A stretch of DNA of 52,943 nt from Myxococcales bacterium (lineage in GTDB: Bacteria > Myxococcota_A > UBA9160 > SMWR01). Made by a program: the position numbers and the translations under genes. Each line of letters starts with the position of its first letter. The first letter of the stretch is position 1. A model generated the notes under the pieces. That model saw only the letters and a program-made list of their open reading frames with translations, did not search any database and had not been told where the DNA came from. The stretch is from positions 1-52,943 of the forward strand of contig JAOUNA010000002.1 of NCBI GenBank assembly GCA_029881215.1. Direction: 5' to 3'. Of this stretch, positions 44,961 to 52,943 are shown one piece after another.

Positions 44961-45962
44961 TCATTCGAGGCGAAGCGGGTAGATCGCGTCGAGGAGCAGG
45001 CCGATCACCAGCAACCCCCCCGCATTGCGCGCCAGACGAAATGCCCAGACCACGTACCAGAGCGGCCACTCGGGCGAATCGGGCGGTGCCGACTCGGGCC
45101 GCGGGCGGTTGTAGATGCGCAGGGCCCGCAACAGGGACGGCATCGCCAGGAAGCTCAAGAGCGTCCACACGCCGAAGGTACCGACGAGCACGAGGCAGAG
45201 CAGCAGCACGAAGAATCCGACCATGACCTCCTGGGTCAGAAAGAGCGCGCGCTCCCGCCCGAGGAGTACCGGCAGGGTTCGCACGTGGATGGCGGAATCG
45301 GCGTCGAACTTGTCGATGTGGCTGCCCATCACGACGACGGTGACGAGGAGTGCGTACGGCAGACTTGCCACCAACACCCACGGCGGGAGCACGCCGGTGG
45401 TCACGTAGTAGGTGCCGCCCGTCATGAGCGGCCCCCACACCAGCAGCACCCCGGGCTCCCCGAGGCCGCGGCGCTCGAGCTTGAGCGGTGGCGCCGCGTA
45501 GAAGACGACCACGAACAGACCCGTCAGCGCGAACGCGGCGACGGGCCAGGCGCGGGCCTCCGTGAGAAAGAGGAGCATGCCGAGGGCGAGCAAGAGCACG
45601 CCGGCGATCGCCAGCAGCAGCCCCTTCTTGGAGATCAGGCCGGAGAGCACGGGATGCGGCGCGTAACGCATGCGCGCGTACTCGTCGCGGTCGACGCCGC
45701 TCTCCAGATCGAAGTAGTCGTTGATCATGTTGCTCGCAGCGTGCGCCGCGACGAGTCCGAGCAACGCGAGGATCGCGTAGAACCAGTGGGGATCTTCGGA
45801 GCGCGCCGCCAGCAGCACGCCGATCGCGCCGGAGAACAATGTCACCGGGATCACGCTCGCGCGCGTGATCAGCAGCCAGCGGGAAACGGCGTCCATCGCC
45901 CGCTCGGACGACAGGTTCTGCGTGCGGAAGATCTCGCCCCAGTTGTGGAGGGAGCCTGCCAT
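44961..45962 (-). CDS. menA: UbiA-family prenyltransferase, MenA-like
   Basis: ITRASV, NMINDYFDLESGVD, FYAAPPLKL..GLGE and D...VRTLPV motifs; about 9 TM segments. Confidence 0.7.
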   Translation of the reverse strand: MAGSLHNWGEIFRTQNLSSERAMDAVSRWLLITRASVIPVTLFSGAIGVLLAARSEDPHWFYAILALLGLVAAHAASNMINDYFDLESGVDRDEYARMRYAPHPVLSGLISKKGLLLAIAGVLLLALGMLLFLTEARAWPVAAFALTGLFVVVFYAAPPLKLERRGLGEPGVLLVWGPLMTGGTYYVTTGVLPPWVLVASLPYALLVTVVVMGSHIDKFDADSAIHVRTLPVLLGRERALFLTQEVMVGFFVLLLCLVLVGTFGVWTLLSFLAMPSLLRALRIYNRPRPESAPPDSPEWPLWYVVWAFRLARNAGGLLVIGLLLDAIYPLRLE

Positions 45963-46212
45963 CGCCCACGCCTCCCGCGCGGCCGAGATCCCGCGGCCGC
46001 GCCGGGCAGGCTAGCGGACACACTGCGCGCGCGAGAGGGAGCGCGCGGGAAGAAGTGCGCCGCTGCAACCCCAAGGGGATATGGGGGAAGGGAGCGCCCC
46101 ATCGCGCGGGAGGCTCGAATCGGGCACGGGCGCGGCCGACGCCCTAATCTATCGAACCCTCTCGTTCGAGAGACGCCCGCCTCGAACGCCTGACGCCGAC
46201 CGAGGAATCGCG

Positions 46213-48297
46213 TTGTCCCATCCGATCGTCGCCGAGGAACTCGAGCTCCTCGAGCGTGTCCGAACGCGCCTCGAGCAGCAGCCGGAAGCGGCGGCGCCGA
46301 GCGAGCTGCCCATCCTGCGCGACCTCGAGCGACTGCGCGAGCAGCTCGTCTCGGGCCGCGAGAGCAAGGACGCGATGACGCTCATGGAGCAATGGAACCG
46401 GCAGAACGCGCTGTTGCGGCAGCTGCGCTGCTCCCGCGAGACGCCCGTCATCGATCCCCACTCCCCCTACTTCGCGCATCTGCGCCTGCGCGAGAACGGC
46501 GAGGAACGCGACCTGTGTCTCGGCCGCGCCACGTACATCCGAGGCGACGTGCGCATCGTCGATTGGCGCAACGCGCCGATCTCCCGAATCTTCTATCGCT
46601 ACCAGCAGGGCGAGGACTACGAAGAGGAGCTCGGCGGACGCCTGCGCAGCGGCGAAGTGAGGGCGCGGCGCGCCGTTCGCATCCGCGATGGCGTGCTCGA
46701 TCGGATCGAAGCCCCCGAAGGCGTCTTCACACCACACCGCGACGAGAGCAGCGAATGGCAGCGCGTCGATGCGGCGCCGCCCCGGCTGGCTGGAGGGGAA
46801 GCGCAGGCGCTCCGGGTCTACGGAGTGGATCAGGGCATCGAGCGTCGGCTCGGAACCGGCCTGCAAAGCGACCGCCGCCGCATCGACAAACACCTGCCGG
46901 AGATCACGGGACTGATCGACCCGGCGCAGTTCGAACTCATCTCGCGCCCGTCTGCGGGATTCCTCGTCATTCGCGGCAGCGCCGGTTCTGGAAAGACGAC
47001 GGTGGCGCTGCACCGCATCGCCTATCTCGCCTACGACGACGCGGCTGTCGATTCGGCTCGCACGCTGTTCGTGGTCTTCTCCATCGCCCTGCGCAACTAT
47101 GTGAGCTACGTGCTCCCGGCCCTCGGCGTCACGCGCGCGCGCGTCGTTACCTTTCGCGACTGGGCATTGGAGCAGCGCCGCCGTCACTTTCCGCAACTGC
47201 CCTCGGCGCCCCGGCCGGACACGCCGGCCGCCGTGCAGCGCCTGAAGCTCCATCCGGGCGTGGCGGCCGCGCTCGCGCTGCACGTGCAGCAGACCCCGGG
47301 GCCGCGCACGCCGGAACAGGCGCTCGACGATTGGGCGAGCGCGCTCACGCGCCCGGATCTCGTGCTCGAGTGCTGCCGGAGATCGGAGGATCGCGACATC
47401 CGGAAGAGCGACGTGGATCAGCTCGCGGAGTGGAGCCGGCTGCGCAACGAGAAACTCTTCGCGTGGATCGAAGGCGATACCGAGAGCGACGGCGCGCTCG
47501 ATCCGGAAGACGACGCGCTGCTGCTGCGCGCCTGGCAGCTGCGTGTGGGGCCACTGCGGGCCCGCGAGGACAAGCCCCTCCGCTTCCGTCACGTGGCCAT
47601 CGACGAGGTGCAGGACTTTGCGCCCATCGAAGTCCAGATCCTGCTCGAATGTCTCGATCGACACCGCAGCATCACGCTGGCGGGCGATACCCAGCAGCAC
47701 CTGATGGAGAACAGCGGCTTCACCTCCTGGAGCGCGTTCCTCTCCCATCTCGGCGTACCGGGCAAGGCCGTCGAGACGCTCCGCGTGAGCTACCGATCCA
47801 CGCGAGAGATCGTGGCGTTCTCCCTGTCGCTGCTCGGCGATCTGCAAGAAGACGACGAGGCACCGCAGGCGACGCGCACGGGCCCGCCCGTCGAGCTGTT
47901 TCGCTTCACCGATCGCGGTGCCTGCATCGCATTCCTCGCCGATGCGCTGCGCCAGCTCAGCAGAGAGGAGCCCCTGGCATCGATCGCGGTGCTGACCCCC
48001 TCGAGCGCGTCGAGCGCCGCGCACTACGAAGGGCTCGCGCGCGGCGATCTGCCCGCGCTGCGGCGCGTGGAGATGCAGGACTTCACCTTCGCGCCGGGCA
48101 TCGAAGTGACCGAAATCGAGCAGGCCAAGGGCCTGGAGTTCGACTACGTGATCCTGGTGGATGTCAACACCGTGCACTTCCCCGACACGCCCGCAGCGCG
48201 GCGCTTGCTGCACGTGGGAGCGACGCGCGCCGTGCATCAGCTCTGGCTGACGAGCGTGGGAACGCCCTCCGCGCTGGCGCACGACCTCGAGCGCTGA
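46213..48297 (+). CDS. HelD-like SF1 helicase-family ATPase
   Basis: PYFAHL, IVDWRNAPISRIFY, GSAGSGKTTVALHRIAYL, IDEVQD, AGDTQQ, SYRST, AKGLEFD and GATRA motifs; TTG 46213 after GAGGA chosen as start. Confidence 0.8.
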   Translation: MSHPIVAEELELLERVRTRLEQQPEAAAPSELPILRDLERLREQLVSGRESKDAMTLMEQWNRQNALLRQLRCSRETPVIDPHSPYFAHLRLRENGEERDLCLGRATYIRGDVRIVDWRNAPISRIFYRYQQGEDYEEELGGRLRSGEVRARRAVRIRDGVLDRIEAPEGVFTPHRDESSEWQRVDAAPPRLAGGEAQALRVYGVDQGIERRLGTGLQSDRRRIDKHLPEITGLIDPAQFELISRPSAGFLVIRGSAGSGKTTVALHRIAYLAYDDAAVDSARTLFVVFSIALRNYVSYVLPALGVTRARVVTFRDWALEQRRRHFPQLPSAPRPDTPAAVQRLKLHPGVAAALALHVQQTPGPRTPEQALDDWASALTRPDLVLECCRRSEDRDIRKSDVDQLAEWSRLRNEKLFAWIEGDTESDGALDPEDDALLLRAWQLRVGPLRAREDKPLRFRHVAIDEVQDFAPIEVQILLECLDRHRSITLAGDTQQHLMENSGFTSWSAFLSHLGVPGKAVETLRVSYRSTREIVAFSLSLLGDLQEDDEAPQATRTGPPVELFRFTDRGACIAFLADALRQLSREEPLASIAVLTPSSASSAAHYEGLARGDLPALRRVEMQDFTFAPGIEVTEIEQAKGLEFDYVILVDVNTVHFPDTPAARRLLHVGATRAVHQLWLTSVGTPSALAHDLER

Positions 48298-48355
48298 CAC
48301 GCGGCGCGCGTGTCGTGGCACGCCGAGGCGCTCTCGCCCACTCCCTCCACCCACC

Positions 48356-49249
48356 TCAGCCGTCGGCGAGAAGCATGCGCACCGAGGTGACGGCGAGGAA
48401 GAGGGCGAAGGCGCGCCGCAGACCGACCCGCGGCACGGCGTGCGCCAGTCCCGCACCCCACGGTGCCGCCAGCATCGTGACTGGCGCGATCAGGGCCAGG
48501 CCCAGCAGGTTCACGTAGCCGAGGGAGAGCGGCGGGCGCTCCGGCACGCCGACCCCCGCCAGGACGAAGCCAAGCGTGCCGGGCAGTGAGATCAGCAGGC
48601 CGAGACCTGCTGCGGTTCCCACGGCGCGCCGGATGGGTACGCCCAGGAGCGTGAGCGTCGGAACCGCCAGCGTCCCCCCGCCCAGTCCGAGGAGCACGGA
48701 GCAGCAGCCGATCGCCGCGCCCAGCGCGGAGCGCAGCAGTCCCGCCTGGGGCAGCTCCGCCACGCGCCACTCCGCATTTCCGAGTGCCATGTGCAGCGCG
48801 ACGCCGAGCGCGACGCCGCCGAAGATCAGCGCCAGAACCCGACCCCCGAGCACGCTCGCCAGCGCGACGCCGACCAGCACGCCGAACAACACGGGAGCGA
48901 TCCAGGAGCGCAGCAGCGCCTCGTCCACCGCTCCACGTGCGCGGTGTGCGCGCATCGAACGCCACGCCGTGAAGACGATCGTGGAGAGCGATGTCCCCAC
49001 CGCGAGATGCATGCGCACGTTGGGATCGACTCCGAAATGCTCGAAGACGTGATACAGGACCGGCACCAGGACGATGCCACCGCCCACACCGATGAGCCCC
49101 GCAACGAATCCGGCGACGAGGCCGGCGCCGAGCAGCAGCGCGACGAACGGCAGCAGCGCGACGATGGAATGCGGGTCCTGCAGTGGAGCCTCCCGTGCGG
49201 CGCGACGGCGCCGCCGCGACCATCCCAGCGATCGCTCCGGGGCGAGCAT
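48356..49249 (-). CDS. TauE/SafE (TSUP) family membrane transporter
   Basis: Two repeats, GFVAGLIGVGGGIVLVP...AVGTSL and LLGLGGGTLAVP...AVGTAA; start uncertain. Confidence 0.88.
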   Translation of the reverse strand: MLAPERSLGWSRRRRRAAREAPLQDPHSIVALLPFVALLLGAGLVAGFVAGLIGVGGGIVLVPVLYHVFEHFGVDPNVRMHLAVGTSLSTIVFTAWRSMRAHRARGAVDEALLRSWIAPVLFGVLVGVALASVLGGRVLALIFGGVALGVALHMALGNAEWRVAELPQAGLLRSALGAAIGCCSVLLGLGGGTLAVPTLTLLGVPIRRAVGTAAGLGLLISLPGTLGFVLAGVGVPERPPLSLGYVNLLGLALIAPVTMLAAPWGAGLAHAVPRVGLRRAFALFLAVTSVRMLLADG

Positions 49250-49286
49250 GACGCCGCCGCCGGCCGCCGCAAGGCCCGTCGCGCGC

Positions 49287-49688
49287 TCAGTCGTCCGCGG
49301 GCTCGAGCTCCAGGGCGCAGGAGTTCATGCAGTAGCGCTGACCGGTCGGCGCGGGTCCGTCGCTGAAGACGTGACCCAGATGGGCATCGCAGCGCGCGCA
49401 CAAGACCTCGATGCGCTGCATGCCGTGACTCGCGTCGTTCTCCGTGCGAATGCTCTCCGGGGCCACCGGCTGGGTGAAGCTCGGCCAGCCCGTGCCCGAG
49501 TCGTACTTGGCGGCAGAGCTGAACAGCTCGTTGCCGCAGCACGCGCAGCGATACGTCCCCGTCTCCTTGGCGTTCCAGAAGGCGCCCGAGAAGGCCGGCT
49601 CGGTGCCTTTCCTCCGGCACACTTCGAACTGCGCGGGCGTGAGCTGCTCGCGCCACTCGGCTTCGCTCTTGACGATCCGTCTGCCCAT
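49287..49688 (-). CDS. msrB: Peptide methionine-(R)-sulfoxide reductase
   Basis: Start ATG 49688 after GGAGG; [37 protein letters not shown] and RYCMNS motifs. Confidence 0.96.
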   Translation of the reverse strand: MGRRIVKSEAEWREQLTPAQFEVCRRKGTEPAFSGAFWNAKETGTYRCACCGNELFSSAAKYDSGTGWPSFTQPVAPESIRTENDASHGMQRIEVLCARCDAHLGHVFSDGPAPTGQRYCMNSCALELEPADD

Positions 49689-49983
49689 GCGCACCTCCCC
49701 TCGCGGATGCTCAGTGTACCCACGGCGCGCCAAGCCGGCCTGGTCCAGGACGGATCCCATGCCGACGATCTGCCACTCCCGCGAGCGCGAGGCACGCGCC
49801 GGCGCGCCGACTTTGCCAAGCGGGAGCGCGCGATAGGCGCACAAGCTGCCCGAATACCGCGCAGGACTGAGCGCATCGAACGCAGCGCCCGATTCAAGTC
49901 GCTGTCGGCGCGGGTCGATTCGCGCCAGGCGCGCTGACGACGCGGTCGCATCGCGCACACGCCGCGATTCGAGGAGTGCCCCG

Positions 49984-50853
49984 ATGCAGCACGCAAGACC
50001 TCTCGTCGTCCTGTCCCTCGCCGTTCTCTGCTTCGCGTCGGGCGCGGCCGCCGCCCCGGCGCCGCATGATCCGAAAGGGCAGATGGACGAGATCTTCTTC
50101 CTCTCGGGCCTCGAGGAGCAGCTCCGGATCCTGAGCGACGGGCTCGGCGCCGGCCTGGCGCCACACATCCAGCAGCTTCCCGCGCCGCAGGCCCAAGCGC
50201 TCGAGCGCGCCATCCTGCGCGAATTCAGCAGGGATGCGCTCCAGCGCGCGGTCGAGGCACGCCTCGAGCGCGCCTACGATGCCCGGAACGCCAGCGCGGT
50301 GCTGATCTGGCTGCGCTCACCGCTCGGACGCCGCATCTCGAAGCTCGAGATCGCTGCCTCGAGCGCCGACGCCGCGCGAGAGATGCAGTCGTACGCCCAG
50401 CTCATCCAGACCGAGAGCGGTGCGCCGCCCGCCGCACGCGTCGCGCTGATCGCGTCGCTCGAAGAGGCGACGGGCATGTCCGACTTCACCGTGGATCTCT
50501 CCCTGACCTCGGCCCTGGCGACAGCGCTTGGCGTCAACGGCGCGCTGCCCGTCGAGCATCGGGCCGACGAGGACGAGATCCGCGCCGGCATCGAGGCACA
50601 GCGCCCGATGCTCCGCGCCCAGATCCAGCAGGTGACGCAGATCGCGATGCTGTATTCCTATCGCAGTCTCAGCGACCCGGAGCTGCGAGACTACGTGGCG
50701 TTCGCGAGCGGCGGGCCGGGGCAGTGGTATCACGGCGTCGTGAAGAGCGCGCTGCTCGACGCCATCGTCAGGGCCTCGCTGCGCGTGGGAGAATCGGTCG
50801 CCACGGACCTGCGCGAGATGCCGAGTCCGCTACCCGCCAGCCCCGCGCAGTGA
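49984..50853 (+). CDS. Exported alpha-helical hypothetical protein (DUF2059-like repeats)
   Basis: Signal peptide; repeated motifs [10 protein letters not shown] and [23 protein letters not shown]; GAGGAG RBS. Confidence 0.65.
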   Translation: MQHARPLVVLSLAVLCFASGAAAAPAPHDPKGQMDEIFFLSGLEEQLRILSDGLGAGLAPHIQQLPAPQAQALERAILREFSRDALQRAVEARLERAYDARNASAVLIWLRSPLGRRISKLEIAASSADAAREMQSYAQLIQTESGAPPAARVALIASLEEATGMSDFTVDLSLTSALATALGVNGALPVEHRADEDEIRAGIEAQRPMLRAQIQQVTQIAMLYSYRSLSDPELRDYVAFASGGPGQWYHGVVKSALLDAIVRASLRVGESVATDLREMPSPLPASPAQ

Positions 50854-50971
50854 ACCACCGCCCGCTTCAAGCTGCGGCGGCTGCGCGCCGACAGAGACGG
50901 CGAATGCGATTCTCCCGGATCGTGCTGTCGAACGCCGTGGCCGGAAGGCCGGAGTCGGGATCCACAGGGGC

Positions 50972-52943
<1,972 letters not shown>

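Overview
Very GC-rich (roughly 70% by eye), densely coded bacterial chromosomal window, probably from a Gram-negative Myxococcota/deltaproteobacterium-like organism (inference). It holds about 44 genes. I saw no rRNA, tRNA, CRISPR array, transposase or integrase. The standout is a ~13 kb envelope-lipid locus (4584-17822). Its gene set matches, as I recall it, the Caulobacter ceramide-phosphoglycerate (cpg) phosphosphingolipid cluster: CDP-alcohol phosphotransferase, DAGK-fold kinase, CpgC-like protein, two NTP-transferases, a metallophosphoesterase and LptF/LptG paralogs. Here it also carries a single-chain LptF-LptG fusion, an out-of-context E. coli-type kdsA, an ELM1/GtrOC1-family glycosyltransferase, an MsbA-like flippase and a secreted, possibly double-lipocalin protein. 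Together these suggest an undescribed, possibly Kdo-decorated, phospho(sphingo)lipid synthesis and export system (inference). Other notable modules: (1) a putative tungsten-enzyme operon (NuoEF-type diaphorase, MobA-MoaD fusion, aldehyde:ferredoxin oxidoreductase, FDH1-type formate dehydrogenase); (2) a CoA-ester lyase / Mch-like hydratase / mesaconyl-CoA isomerase (mct) operon resembling part of the 3-hydroxypropionate bi-cycle; (3) an internally deleted WecB domain fused to rhodanese; (4) a MarR/SDR pair with a palindromic operator. All family assignments come from motif recognition by eye; no database searches were run.
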